DNA of 64,000 nt from Podarcis muralis (lineage: Eukaryota), in the NCBI RefSeq assembly GCF_964188315.1, contig NC_135655.1, forward strand, positions 82,212,001-82,276,000, given 5' to 3'. The translations under genes and the position numbers were made by a program. The notes under the pieces are model-generated. The model saw only the letters and a program-made list of their open reading frames with translations. It was not told where the DNA came from and ran no database searches. Below, piece after piece: positions 24,521-36,551 of this stretch. Position 1 is the stretch's first letter. Each line of letters begins with the position of its first letter.

Positions 24521-25572
24521 ATAAAATATTTCTATTCTGACACTTTTCTCAGTTTGTTTGTTTTTCAATCTGACTTTCCTGTTGTTATTTTGCAAAAAGG
24601 TTTCCGAACTATGGCAGTTCAGACAAATGTATTATGAATGTGCTCTAATTTCTAGAGATCAGGAAATATCATTAAGAGTACATAGAACTGTCATAGGAAG
24701 ATACATACTTCTGGCTCTATCAGTTACACGTTATGAGAGTTTGACCAGATTCATGGAACTAAATCTTTGTTCATATTAAACAGATTGTTTTAATTATATA
24801 TAGGAATATATTGCAATTGGATTGAGATGGGAACCCTCAAAACACTTGCTAGGATACAAGAATACACTAGGACATTGTGTTGCAGATGCAACTTCTTTAA
24901 TCAAACAGCACCAAAAGACTCAGCAATTAAATGTAGGAATATTAGTCCATTTGTGTATTCCCTTTCAATTCCAAGCTTCAATCATTTCTGATGTCATGAT
25001 TTGTGAATTTACTTTATTTAAAGGTGATGGTTGTGAGCCATTAACATAATGCTAGAAGTGGATGTCATGTCTGCGCTGTCGGCCTGACTTCTGTCCTACT
25101 GAGTCACTAGAGAGGGGAGGAGGTGTGGTGGCAGTGAGGTTTGCACAGTGCAAATGCACCCGTGAAGTCAATGTGGTTCTCTGCTGGCCCATTTCCAATG
25201 TAGCAAGTCAGCACCATCACACTCCTTCCCCTCTCTATCCTGGTATGCTGCAGTAACTCATTTGGACAGAGATCAGCAGGGTGGTTCCAGATGGGGATGT
25301 CCATCCCCTGCCACATCAAGACACACATGACCAGTTCAAAGAAGGCTTGAATGCCATCCTTGTGTTTGCATCATCATCAGAAGCTGTGTAAGTGAAAAAC
25401 CTACATGCTGATCTCCCTTGCTGTATTTGGCTAATCGTATTTGAGGTGCTATGGAAGTTCAGCCTATGCTCTTTCCTCCATTTTGACTCATGCTTAGCTG
25501 CAAATCACCACCTAATGCTGCAGGCAAGACAATCATGTGAGAACAAGACAGAAAACAGAGGAGGGGAGCCCC

Positions 25573-25583
<11 letters not shown>

Positions 25584-25615
<32 letters not shown>

Positions 25616-25616
25616 G
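25584..25616. repeat. (GTT)n microsatellite
   Basis: Direct read. Confidence 0.95.
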
Positions 25617-26451
25617 AACCCTTTTCTAAGGTAATCCTTTAATCAGATGGAATTTTAAAAAATATATCTAGAGGTTTTCAGTTGTTATTCTGAAATCATA
25701 CTCATCATAATCATTCTGGCACCAAAATTACGCAACCCTTTCAACTGCCCAAGCCTCATTTCCTTACCTTATCAAGCCCATCCAATGAGAGACCCCTTCT
25801 TGTTATTTCCAGGCTCTGCAAAGCTTTCCAAACTAGGATAAATAAAAGTAGAACAAAGTTGCGGGGAAACGGGAAGCCAAATTTAGGTGTACTGGGTTAT
25901 GCTCACATGGTTTTCTGTCGCTGATGGCCAATTATTGATAGAGAATGTCATTTTTCTCTTGGCGATAAGCTTAAAGTGTCTTCTGGCAGCACCATATGGA
26001 AGAACTGCAAGGTTATGGAAAGTGTCTCTGTTCTGATGCTGAGCTCTGGAACCAAGAGCTCTAGGGTCTATGTACCCTTTTCCTTGTTATACTAGAAAAT
26101 CAATAGGTATCTTTAAAGTTTTACTTTGAATATAACAGTGGGGAATATGGCATTCTTAATTTGCTCAGATGAAGCTAATCTCAGTGTTCTTCTGTTCCAT
26201 CACATCAAACAGTCCTGATTAGGAAGAGCGAGTGGATATTTATCCAGAAGGTTCTGATTCTTTCTCTTCCTCCCCCACCCCCCCCACCCCAGTGGTGCTA
26301 TCAGTGGGACTGCATTTCAGAGCTCTGGTGCAATTAAAGGATTGCATTTGGTGCCTGTTGCTCTCAGGTGGGTTGCTATATGATTATGTAGTTGGGTAAA
26401 GATTTGTTTATCACTACATTCTTTGTAGAAGGAATAAGTGTTGTGAACATA

Positions 26452-26470
26452 TTCCCTAGAGTTCATTAAC
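26452..26470 (-). promoter_or_regulatory. Candidate homeodomain (TAATGA) + O/E (EBF)-like composite site
   Basis: The minus strand reads GTTAATGAACTCTAGGGAA, exactly conserved at 32147-32165 upstream of the paralog although the surrounding flank is clearly diverged. Confidence 0.5.
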
Positions 26471-27555
26471 TTGTATGTCCACAGTCCACCATCCATCACA
26501 ATTCCATTTTTGTGTCAAATTAATTACCTACACTTTGCACACAGACACAAAGGTAATATTTAGCTCACAACTTCTTGAGATTATTTGCACACACCAGCCC
26601 CTATGCACTTTGTTGATCTTAGCTCTTTAGTTCGGAGACACCTTGATATCACCCCTGAGGCATGTGAAACCATGTAGAACTACAGGCCAATCATATAGGA
26701 TGTGGGGCACCATGATGTCACTGAGATGTCTGAATAAAAGAACCCATTCTAGCATAAAAAAGGCAATCATATACCATGTTGCATCATGACATATGGAATT
26801 CATGAATAATATTTATTTATTTATTTATTCGTTCGTTCGTTCATTCGTTCATTCATTCATTCCGCAGCCATCAGAAACCTAATGGTGAACAAAAATTATG
26901 ATCAGCATGTTGAGATCAGAGAGAAAAAAGGATTTCATCACAATCACAAGTCCTTGCTCCTTACGGATGTTGGTGTAAGGTGGAGGAAGGTAACAATGAA
27001 TCTGTCAATCTTAAATTCAGGTTTCCACACTTCCAAAGCAATTTTGAATTCGGTGTTTTTGGTTTGTTTTTTTAAAAATAAATCCTCGTGAAAATTTATC
27101 ACCATTTTAGTGTTCAGTTTTGACAAATATACACATTTTTGCAAAGGCTCCCCTAATATAGTGCATTTTTTTCCCTATACATGGTTTAACTAAAGAATAG
27201 CACCACAAAATTGGGAAAAGTATGAATTTTGAAGGAGAGCCGTGTCTCTGTTTACATATTGATTCAAGAAGTGCAAATTAGGTAGCTTCTCATTTCCATG
27301 CAAACAAAACAGAACACCTCTCTTGGCCCTAGGCAGAGGCCTCCCTCTACTGGGTTCTACTGGTCAGAGATTCTGCTGCCACAGAGGCCGCACATCATAC
27401 CCACAGAAAACACAGGCGATCAGAAACTTGAGTGAATGAATCACACATGACATTCCAATTGATCTGCTGCACACCTATCCTTTGCTTAATCAAAACCACC
27501 AGCAGTGGAATGCATGCTATTTAATTGTGCCATCAATGCTAATGCTGTATCCTTA

Positions 27556-28029
27556 TTGTTGTTGTTGTTTAGTCGTTTAGTCGTGTCCGACTCTTTGTGA
27601 CCCCATGGACCAGAGCACGCCAGGCAATCCTGTCTTCCACTGCCTCCCGCAGTTTGGTCAACTCATGTTGGTAGCTTCGAGAACACTGTCCAACCATCTT
27701 GTCTTCTGTGGTCCCCTTCTCCTTGTGCCCTCCATTTCCCCCAACATCAGGGTCTTTTCCAGGGAGTATTCTCTTCTCATGAGGTGGCCAAAGTATTGGA
27801 GCCTCAGCTTCAGGATCTGTCCTTCCAGTGAGCACTCAGGGCTGATTTCCTTCAGAATGGATCGGTTTGTTCTTCTTGCAGTCCATGGGACTCTCAAGAG
27901 TCTCCACCAGCACCATAATTCAAAAGCATCAATTCTTCGGCGATCAGCCTTCTTTATGGTCCAGCTCTCACTTCCATATATCACTACTGGGAAAACCAAA
28001 GCTTTAACTATATGGACCTTTGTCATCAG
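27556..28029 (-). mobile_element. Bov-B (RTE) LINE, 5'-truncated
   Basis: ORF 27658-28026: VKALVFPVVIYGSESWTIKKADRRRIDAFELWCW...LKLRLQYFGHLMRR. (CAA)n tail; near-TSD gtatcctta/gtatcatta. Confidence 0.93.
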
Positions 28030-28677
28030 GTATCATTATTAAGGAGTCCCAAATATTTTCATAATGTCTTGGCCTGGGAGGTGTGGGGTTCCACCATTTC
28101 TGATTCCTCCCTAAACATGCCCTGATGTGTTCCTTTCTGTGGCTGCCTTAAACAGGAGCAAAAGTTGTCTCTTCATTCTCTACCCTGTCTCCCTTCCACA
28201 GTTGTTATCTCCCATATAACTTAGTTGACTAAGAGGTTATAAGACAGCCACAGAGTTCTGAGGAGATCTGCAAGGCTAAGGTGAAAAAGAGAATCTTTAC
28301 TGCTCACTTTCATAGATGCCAACACCCTGGGGCCTGGGTGCACGAACACCCACAAAATTCCTCATGATGGGTACCCATAAATTTCAGTGCCAGGGCTGCA
28401 TGGCACCCATGGCCCCGGGCAACCACAGTTGTGGGGCCAAGTTGGCACTCCAGCTCACATTTCCTATGGGACAGATACCTCCATTTGAGACTGACACATA
28501 TAAAATTGAAAGCTATCAGTCATATGCAATTGAGAAGCCGACCATTTGAGTTTTCAATACAGTGCCTCAAATGAGACTTTTGATATTTTAGATTAGAAGT
28601 TATGATGATAATAGCATTCAGATATGTGTTACAAAACTACCTTACACACTTATTTCTGATCTTACAGTCTCTTTAAT

Positions 28678-29613
28678 TTAGAAATCTGTCCTCCTTGTCA
28701 TCAACATCTTCACAGCCTTTTTCACATCCTTGTTCCTTAAGCTATAAATCAGGGGGTTCAGCATGGGAAAGACCACTGTGTAGAATGTGGAGGCCCATTT
28801 GTCATGCTCCAAAGCATAGCTGGAACTGGGGCGTGAGTAAATGAAGAGGATGGAGCCATAGTATAAGGTGACAGCTGTCAGGTGGGAAGCACATGTGGAG
28901 AAGGCTTTGTACTTGCCACCAGTGGAGGAGATTCTTAAGATGGCTGCTAGGATAAAGGCGTAAGAGGCAAGGATGAAGGCTGAAGGGGCAATGATGTTTA
29001 AAGTCAGGAGGACGTACAGCATAGTCTGGTAATTGTCAGTCACATCACATGCCAGCATTATCAGAGGGGGTGCGTCACAGAAGAAGTCATCAATGACATT
29101 GCCATCACAGAAGCTCAACGAGAAGGTTTTACTGGTTCCAACAGTGGCATTGATGAACCCCCCCAGATATGAGAGGGCCACCAGCACTGTGCACAGCTTT
29201 TTGGACATGGCAGTGGCATAGGACAGTGGCTTAGCAATGGCCACATAACGATCATAGGCCATGGCTGCCAGTAGGTAGCACTCGCTATAGGCAAAGGCAC
29301 CTGAGAAGAAGAATTGGGAAGCACAACCACCAAAGGAAATGCTCTTGTCTTCAGAGATGCAGTTCACCAAGATCCTTGGCGTATAGACGGAGGAATACCA
29401 CAGATCCAGGAAGGAAAGGTTCCCAATGAAGAAATACATGGGCGTATGGAGGTGAGAGCTGCTGCAGATTAGAAGAATGAGTGCAATGTTCCCGGCTAGA
29501 CTAGCTAGATAAATGATGAGAAACACCACAAACAGTATCAGTTGCAGTTTGGGATTTGTTGTGAATCCCAAAAGGATGAATTCAGTGACTGTGGTGTGAT
29601 TTCCTCCTTCCAT
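28678..29613 (-). CDS. Olfactory receptor OR9G-like, 311 aa
   Basis: Intact OR motifs; first 104 aa identical to the 23119-24054 product. Confidence 0.97.
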   Translation of the reverse strand: MEGGNHTTVTEFILLGFTTNPKLQLILFVVFLIIYLASLAGNIALILLICSSSHLHTPMYFFIGNLSFLDLWYSSVYTPRILVNCISEDKSISFGGCASQFFFSGAFAYSECYLLAAMAYDRYVAIAKPLSYATAMSKKLCTVLVALSYLGGFINATVGTSKTFSLSFCDGNVIDDFFCDAPPLIMLACDVTDNYQTMLYVLLTLNIIAPSAFILASYAFILAAILRISSTGGKYKAFSTCASHLTAVTLYYGSILFIYSRPSSSYALEHDKWASTFYTVVFPMLNPLIYSLRNKDVKKAVKMLMTRRTDF

Positions 29614-30615
29614 GAATCTTCTGTCAATCATTGGCTGAAGGACCTGAAAACACACAGGACACTTAACACTTGGAATGGCACCATGGTGTCCTATTAAAGC
29701 TCCTTTTCCTCAATATGTTGTGAATCAGAGAGCTCACAAGGGCAATTAAAAATGGGGAGGGAGGAGATTACCTCTTTAATGGGATTCTCACTAATATGCA
29801 CTTCAAAATTATTTTGGGCTTTTTGATTTCTCACTTGTACCAAAGCTTTTTTTTTTTTTACTAAGTAAAATACCTTTTAAACTGACACTTTTTGTCTCAG
29901 TTTCATCATTATTTTTAACCACTTCCTTTTTCATCTTTTGAAAAAATATTTCTGAAGTGTCTAGTGCTGGTGACTATGGCTGTTCATACATATTATTATG
30001 TATTATTTAATACATGTGCTCTTATTTCTCTGTTTTCTAATTATTATGTGGTCTAATTTCTCTGTTTTCTGATTATTATGCACTCTAATTTCTATGTTTT
30101 CTAATTATTATGCATTATTTAAATGTGCTCTAATTTCTAGAGATTAGAAAATATCGTTTAGAGTACAGAGAACTGACACAGGAAAATGCATACTTCTGGA
30201 CCTGTCAATTACATACTGTGAGAGTTTGGCCAGACATGGCAATTATTCCATGTTCATATTAACTATTATTGTACATTTTATATATGAATGTCTTACAAGA
30301 ATATTGAGACAGGAACCCTGAAAACCCCTGTTAGTATGCAAGGGTATACTGTGACATATTGGTGCAGATCTCACTTGTTTAATCAAACAGCACCAAAGGA
30401 CTTAGTAAATAAACTTAAGAATATTAGTGCTTCTACATCTTCCCACTCAATGCTTCAATCATGATAAGGGAGATTGGTGTCCCACTTAATTTCTGATGAC
30501 AAGAACTGTTAGTTAACATTATGGTGACCCTGCCCTGTTCACCAGATCTCTGTCTGACTGAGTCAGTGCAGCATACTGGGACTGAGAAGGGAAGGGGTGC
30601 TGTGGCAGTGATGTT

Positions 30616-30979
30616 AGGTAAAAGGTAAAGGTACCCCTGCCCATACGGGCCAGTCTTGACAGACTCTGGGGTTGTGCGCCCATCTCACTCAAGAGGCCGG
30701 GGGCCAGCGCTGTCCGGAGACACTTCCAGGTCACGTGGCCAGCATGACAAAGCTGCATCTGGTGAGCCAGCGCAGCACATGGAACGCCGTTTACCTTCCC
30801 GCTAGTAAGCGGTCCCTATTTATCTACTTGCACCCGGGGGTGCTTTCGAACTGCTAGGTTGGCAGGCGCTGGGACCGAGCAGCGGGAGCGCACCCCGCCG
30901 CGGGGATTCGAACTGCCGACCTTTCGATCGGCAAGCCCTAGGCACTGAGGCTTTTACCCACAGCGCCACCCGCGTCCCT
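30616..30979 (-). mobile_element. Sauria-type SINE, full length
   Basis: Minus strand GGGACGCGGGTGGCGCTGTGGG...GGTTCGAATCC...; (ACCTTT)-type tail; 13-bp TSD TGGCAGTGATGTT (30603-30615, 30980-30992). Confidence 0.92.
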
Positions 30980-32146
30980 TGGCAGTGATGTTGGTACAGT
31001 GCAAATGCACTGGTGGAGCCAGTCTGGTGCTGCTGCTGGCACCTTTGCACCACACCTACCTCACAACCATCACAACCCTCCTCCTCTCTATCCCAGTGTG
31101 CTGCAGCAGTTTGTGTGGATGGAGATGGTGTGAGCTGTGGAGCCTCACCATGGCTTCTGCTTTCACAGCCAATGGTTCCAGAAGGAGATGTTCTTTGGCA
31201 GCCACACCAAAAGACACACCTGATGAGTTCAAAGAAGGCTTGAATGCAAACCAGATGTTTGCATCCTCATCAGCTGCATGAGTGAAAAACCCACATGCTG
31301 ACCTCCCTTCCTGTATTGGACTAATTGTGTTCGGAGGTGTTGCGGAAGTTCAGTCTGTGCTGTTCACCTGATGCTGCAGACAAGACATGCATGTGTGAAC
31401 CAACTTACAATATAGAGAACAATAGGAAGTGATGATCTTTTTTACCCTCTTCTAAGCTAACCATTGAATTACATGGAGTTTTTTTTTTAAAAAAAAGCTA
31501 TCCAGACATCTTCCATTCTAAAATCATAGTCATCATAATCATTCTGGCAGCAGAACCATCAGTGCCTGAAGCCTGATTTCCTTACTTCATCAAATGCTTC
31601 CAAGGAGAGAGGTCTTCTTTTTCTTTCAGATGCTGCAAGTCTTTCAAAGCTAGGAGACATAAAAGAAAAGCGACGTTGCATGAAAACAGGCAGTCAGTTT
31701 TGGGTGTGCTGGGTTATAAACACATGGTTTTCTGTTGCTTGCAAAGAATGGCTCTGGTGTCTGTGTCCCCTTTTCCTTGTTATATTGGAAAGTAAGTAGG
31801 CATCATTCCACACATAATGCATGGGATTCTAGAAATGTTGTAATTGGAATATAAAAAGGGAAAGATGGCATTATAAATCTTCTCAGAAGAAGCTGATCTC
31901 AGTGTGTACTTCCGTTCCTTCATGCCAAATAATCCTGACTGCCAAGGGTAGGTGGGGAGAACGTTCTCTCTTTCTGAAGGTCTTGTTCCCAGTGTGCTGT
32001 CAGTGGGGTGGCATTTCAGAGGTCTGGTTCAATTAAAAGCATGCATTTGGTGTTTGTTGCTCTCAGGTGGGCTGCTATATGATAATTGTGTAAAGATTTG
32101 TTTACTTACTCTATTCCTTGGGGAGGGAATAAGTCTTGTGAACATC

Positions 32147-32165
32147 TTCCCTAGAGTTCATTAAC
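32147..32165 (-). promoter_or_regulatory. Candidate homeodomain + O/E composite site (paralog of 26452-26470)
   Basis: TTCCCTAGAGTTCATTAAC; a second O/E-like site TTCCTTGGGGA at ~32114. Confidence 0.5.
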
Positions 32166-32305
32166 TTGCATGAGGCACCTACCTTGTGTTTATCTTTATG
32201 ATTTCAACAAGAAAAAGCAGCAAATGTAAGGGCTGCAGATCCATTAGAAGTCCATATTATTTGGGAGCTTCGACAAATATTCATTAGTTTTTAATTTTCA
32301 GCTGA

Positions 32306-32740
32306 AATCATTGAATCGTAGAATTGTAGAGCTGGAAGGGATCAGAAGGGTCATCTAGTCCAACTCCCTGCAAAGCGCAGGAATCTCAGCTAAAGTATCC
32401 ATGACTGATGGCCACCTCTGCTTAAAGACCTCCAAGGAAGGAGAGTCCACAACCTCCTGAGGAAGACTGTTCCACTGTCAAACAGCTCTTACTATCAGAA
32501 AGTTTTCCCATATGTCTAGTCAGAATCTCCTTTCTTGTATCTTGAAGAAAGTTCTATCCTCCAGAGCAGCACAAAACAAACTTGTTCCATCTTCCATGTG
32601 ACAGCCCTTGAGATATTTGAAGATTGCAACCACATCTCCTCTCAGTCTCTTTTCCAGGCTAAACATAACCAGCTCCTTCAACCTTTGTTGAACCTTTGTT
32701 TCCAGCCCCTTAATCATCTTCGTTGCCCTCCTCTGCACAT
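32306..32740 (-). mobile_element. CR1 LINE 3' fragment
   Basis: VQRRATKMIKGLE...RLKEL.MFSLEKRLRGD..AIFKYLKG; (ATTCT)-like tail. Confidence 0.92.
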
Positions 32741-32841
32741 TACATATTTGGGTGGTTTGCGGGGGGGGTTTCATCTGGTGCTGAAGTGACTTCAAAGCAA
32801 TCCATTACAATCTGTTGCAGCCTAACAGGATGGCCCTGTGG

Positions 32842-32844
<3 letters not shown>

Positions 32845-32909
<65 letters not shown>
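32845..32909. repeat. (CT)n(CA)n compound microsatellite
   Basis: Direct read. Confidence 0.97.
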
Positions 32910-32911
<2 letters not shown>

Positions 32912-33004
32912 ATTTGTAAATGTACCGGTATCTGTGCTTGGCTGCCCAGAACTTGATCTTTCACACATCCTTTCAAACACATGCATTTGAAGAGGAGGAA
33001 ATGT

Positions 33005-34055
33005 GAACTTGTTTATTCTCTTTGACTTCTCAGTGGATTTTGATGCCTTCAACAATGATATCCTTCTGAAGCAGGTGTCTGAGTAAGGGGTGGGCAGCTC
33101 TACTTTGAAGTGGTTCTGGTCCTGCTTGGATGGTCATTTCCAGAGGCTGTTGCTTGGGGAGTGCTCTTCAAAGTGGGGTTCCTCAGGATTCAGTTTTATC
33201 CCCTGAGGCACTGCTACTGTGTGGTTCCTTAGACCAAATAGATGGGAGCTTGTCTGCTCTTTATGGGATTACACTTCTTCTGAAGGAGCGGGTACATAGC
33301 TTGGGGGTATTTCTGGACCCTTTACTGGTGTTTGAGGCTCATGTGGTTTCAGTGGCATGGAGTGCTGTCCACCAGCTTGGACAGGTGGACAGGGATAAGC
33401 TAACTACTGTTGTCTGTGCTCTGGTAACTTCTAGGTTAGATTATTGCAATGTGTTATATGTTGGGCTGCCTCTGAAAACTGTTCAGAAACTTCAGCTGGC
33501 ACAACTTTGGTGGCCAGATTGCTCACCGAGGCAAGATGGTTTGAGCATATTACACTGATCCTGGCCCAACTACACTGGCTGCCAGTTAGTTTCTGGGCCC
33601 AATTCAAAGTGCTGGTTTTGACCCACAAAACCTTTAATGGCTCAGGACTGCAATACCTCAAGGCCTCTCTCCATTTGAATCAAACTGGACCCTGCAATCA
33701 TCCTCTGAGGCCCTTCTTTGTGTTCCTCCTCCAAGAGAGGTCTGGATGGTGGAAACACAAGTTTCCTGCAGTAGCTCTCCAATTGCATAATGCTTTCGCA
33801 GATAATTTCCACTGGGTCTTCATTACCTTTAGGCATCAGGTGAAAACGTTCCTCTTCAACCAGACCTTGGGCTAACTAACATCCTATATCCTTTTAAATG
33901 TGTTCATGGGAGGGAATGGGGGGGAGGGTTTTCTTTGTTTTTTCTTTGTTTTTGTTCTTGTTTTTATTACGTATTTTGTGTTTTTATCTTGTATTTTTAT
34001 GCTGTGAACCTCCCTGAGATCTACAGATGAAGGGAACTATGCAAGTTAAATAAGT
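33005..34055 (+). mobile_element. L2 LINE, degenerate RT and 3' end
   Basis: GVPQDSVLSP; ALVTSRLDYCNVLYVGLPLKTVQKLQL; LHWLPVSFWAQFKVLVLTHK. Confidence 0.9.
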
Positions 34056-34074
34056 GAGTAAGCCAGTAAGAGTT

Positions 34075-34308
34075 TTGGATTTTGATTTTGATTTCCCGCT
34101 TTATCACTCCCCTTCAGGAGTCTCAAAGCAGTTAGCATTCTTCTTTCCCTTCCTCCCCCACAACAAACACTCTGTGAGGTGAGTGGGGCTGTGAGACCTC
34201 AGAGAAGTTTGACTAGCCCAAGGTCACACAGCAGATGCATGTGGAGGAGCGGAGATGCGAACCCAGATTATGAGTCTATCACTCTTAACCACTACACCAC
34301 ACTGGCTC
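34075..34308 (-). mobile_element. tRNA-derived SINE (Squam3-like)
   Basis: Reverse-complement match to 16046-16282. Confidence 0.85.
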
Positions 34309-34329
34309 GTAAGTCAATCAGTCAGTCAG

Positions 34330-34368
<39 letters not shown>

Positions 34369-34504
34369 TGACAACCATCTGGCCACAAACAGACAAGGAT
34401 TCCTTGGTTCAAACTTTCTTTTTATCCATGGGATTCATCAATGAGATTTATATGCTCATAAATAACAAAATGTTCTCTTAGAAATGTCCAGAAAAAAACA
34501 ACAA

Positions 34505-34555
34505 CTACAATCTCATTGGCATCAGCTGTCTTGCCAGAACATATTTCACATCCTT
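34505..34555 (-). pseudogene. OR C-terminal relic (KDVKYVLARQLMPMRL*), paralog of the 35616 gene
   Basis: Codon-level alignment to KDVKNALKRPLVLIR*. The 3' flank 34425-34470 matches 35535-35580 (gagatttatatgct...aataacaaaa). Confidence 0.7.
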
Positions 34556-34879
34556 GCACCTCGTTGTGAGTTACAGAGTCACACTGGGGATGCTGACACC
34601 TTGTCCCTATCTGATTTAGTGAAGGTGGTCTTCAGCATGCTGTTGGAGAACCCTAGGACCAGCGTGCTATTTTTCTAGAAAAAGAGGTGCTAGGACTCAC
34701 CATGAATGACTCTCTTGTTCTCTTAGAATGGCAATGGTGCTCCTCTGAGAGGAGCTAGAACTGTGTTCCAGTGAGTCCCAACTGGAAAAAAAAGCCCTGA
34801 CTAGGACTGCTGACTATTGTTTAGGGGACTTCATTGCCATTGTGCATGCTGATGACCAGCTCTCACTGGTCTAGCTTGG

Positions 34880-35505
34880 GCCTTCATGACCACCATAATA
34901 GGCTGATGAAAGGCACTCTGTGCTACTGAAACCACCTGAGCTTCAAGCAATAGCAAAGGGTCCAGAAGTACCCACTCCTTCAGAAGAAGTGTAACCCCAT
35001 CAAGAGCAGGCAACCTCCCATCCATTCAGTCTAGGGAACTACCCAGAAACAGTGCCTCAGTCTTGTCTGAATTGAGCTTCAGTTGTTGCCTCTCATCCAA
35101 TCCATTATCAAGGCAAGACAATAGTCCAGCACATCCCCAGCCACAACTGCAGATGTAAAGGGGAAGTAGAGCTGTGTGTTATCAGCATATTTATGACAAC
35201 ATATTCCAAAACTCTGGATAACCCCACTCAGTGGTTTCATGTTAAACAGCAAAGGGGATGAAAGTGAACCCTTAGGAACTCCACTTTGAAGGCTCCATGG
35301 GGCTGAAGAGCACTCCCCAAGCATCACCCTCTGGAAATGACCATTCAAGCTGGACTGGAACCACTTCAAAGTGGAGCTGCCCATCCCTAACTCAGACACC
35401 TGCTCCAGAAGTGGCTGATGGCATTGAAAGCTACTGAGAGTTCAAGGAGAATTAACAGGGACACATTTCCCCTGTCTCTCTCCTGGCAGAGGTCATCATA
35501 CAGGG
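34880..35505 (-). mobile_element. L2 LINE RT fragment
   Basis: ORF 35079-35399: STLKWFQSSL...GVPKGS..SPLLFNMKPL...CHKYADNTQLY. Confidence 0.88.
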
Positions 35506-35615
35506 TGGAACCTGGCTTAAATCCTGACTGACATGTCCATCATTCATTAGTGAGATTTATATGCTGCTTAATAACAAAAAGCTATTTCTGGGTACCATCT
35601 GGTCAGAAAAACCCA

Positions 35616-36551
35616 TCATCTTATTAGCACCAATGGTCTCTTCAGAGCATTTTTCACATCCTTGTTCCTTAGGCTATATATCAGGGGGTTAAGCATGGGC
35701 ATTATAATGGTATAAAACAAAGCAATCACTTTGTCCCCGTCTCGTGAGGACTTCGACCTTGGTCGCATGTACATGAAGATGGCTGTCCCATAAAATATGG
35801 TGACAACAGTGAGGTGGGATGCACAGGTAGAGAATGCCTTGAGCCTTCCTTGGGCAGTTTGTATCCGCAGCACAGCTAAGAAAATGTAGGTGTATGAGAC
35901 AATAATAAACAGGAAGGGAATGAAGACTATGATGATGCTGAAAACAAAGACAACCATTTCAGCAAGGTAAGTGTCAGTGGAAGCCAAAGACAGCACTGCT
36001 GGCACCTCACAGAAATAATGGTTCAAGATGTTAGGACCACAGAAAGGCAATTGTAAGGTGAAAATGTTAATAATCATGGAGCTCATCAAACTGCTGCACC
36101 AGCAAAAAGCAGCCAGCTGAGCACAGAGCTTCCAGTTCATGATGGCCTTGTAAAGCAAAGGCTGACAGATTGCCACATACCGATCATAAGCCATGACGCC
36201 AAGCAGAAAGCACTCTGTCATGCCAAACGCCAGGGAAAAATACATCTGGATTGCACAACCCCAGAATAAGATAGTTTTCCTTCTGGTCACAAGGTTCATC
36301 AGCATCTGGGGGACATTGGTGGAGACATAATAAATGTCTAAGAAAGACAAATTGATAAGGAAGAAGTACATGGGTGTATGAAGCCGAGGGTAAGTGCTGA
36401 CAACTGAGATGATGATGACGTTCCCAAACACTGTGAACAGATAACAAGCCAGAAACACCACAAAGAGCACCAGCTGCACCCTTGGTTGATTGGAGAACCC
36501 CAAAAATATGAACTCGGACACAAATGTTTTGTTGCAGCCAACCATTTTCAT
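35616..36551 (-). CDS. Olfactory receptor, family 2/13 type (OR2D-like), 311 aa
   Basis: NKT glycosylation site, [39 protein letters not shown] (OR2D-type), [26 protein letters not shown]. Confidence 0.96.
   Translation of the reverse strand: MKMVGCNKTFVSEFIFLGFSNQPRVQLVLFVVFLACYLFTVFGNVIIISVVSTYPRLHTPMYFFLINLSFLDIYYVSTNVPQMLMNLVTRRKTILFWGCAIQMYFSLAFGMTECFLLGVMAYDRYVAICQPLLYKAIMNWKLCAQLAAFCWCSSLMSSMIINIFTLQLPFCGPNILNHYFCEVPAVLSLASTDTYLAEMVVFVFSIIIVFIPFLFIIVSYTYIFLAVLRIQTAQGRLKAFSTCASHLTVVTIFYGTAIFMYMRPRSKSSRDGDKVIALFYTIIMPMLNPLIYSLRNKDVKNALKRPLVLIR

Noticed and set aside
17432-29613. Loss of Cys in DRY.AIC (AIAKPL) and DDFFCD in the three OR9G-like genes as a sign of decay
   Set aside because: Shared by all three genes and, from recall, mammalian OR9G also lacks this Cys and has DDFFCD; a subfamily trait.
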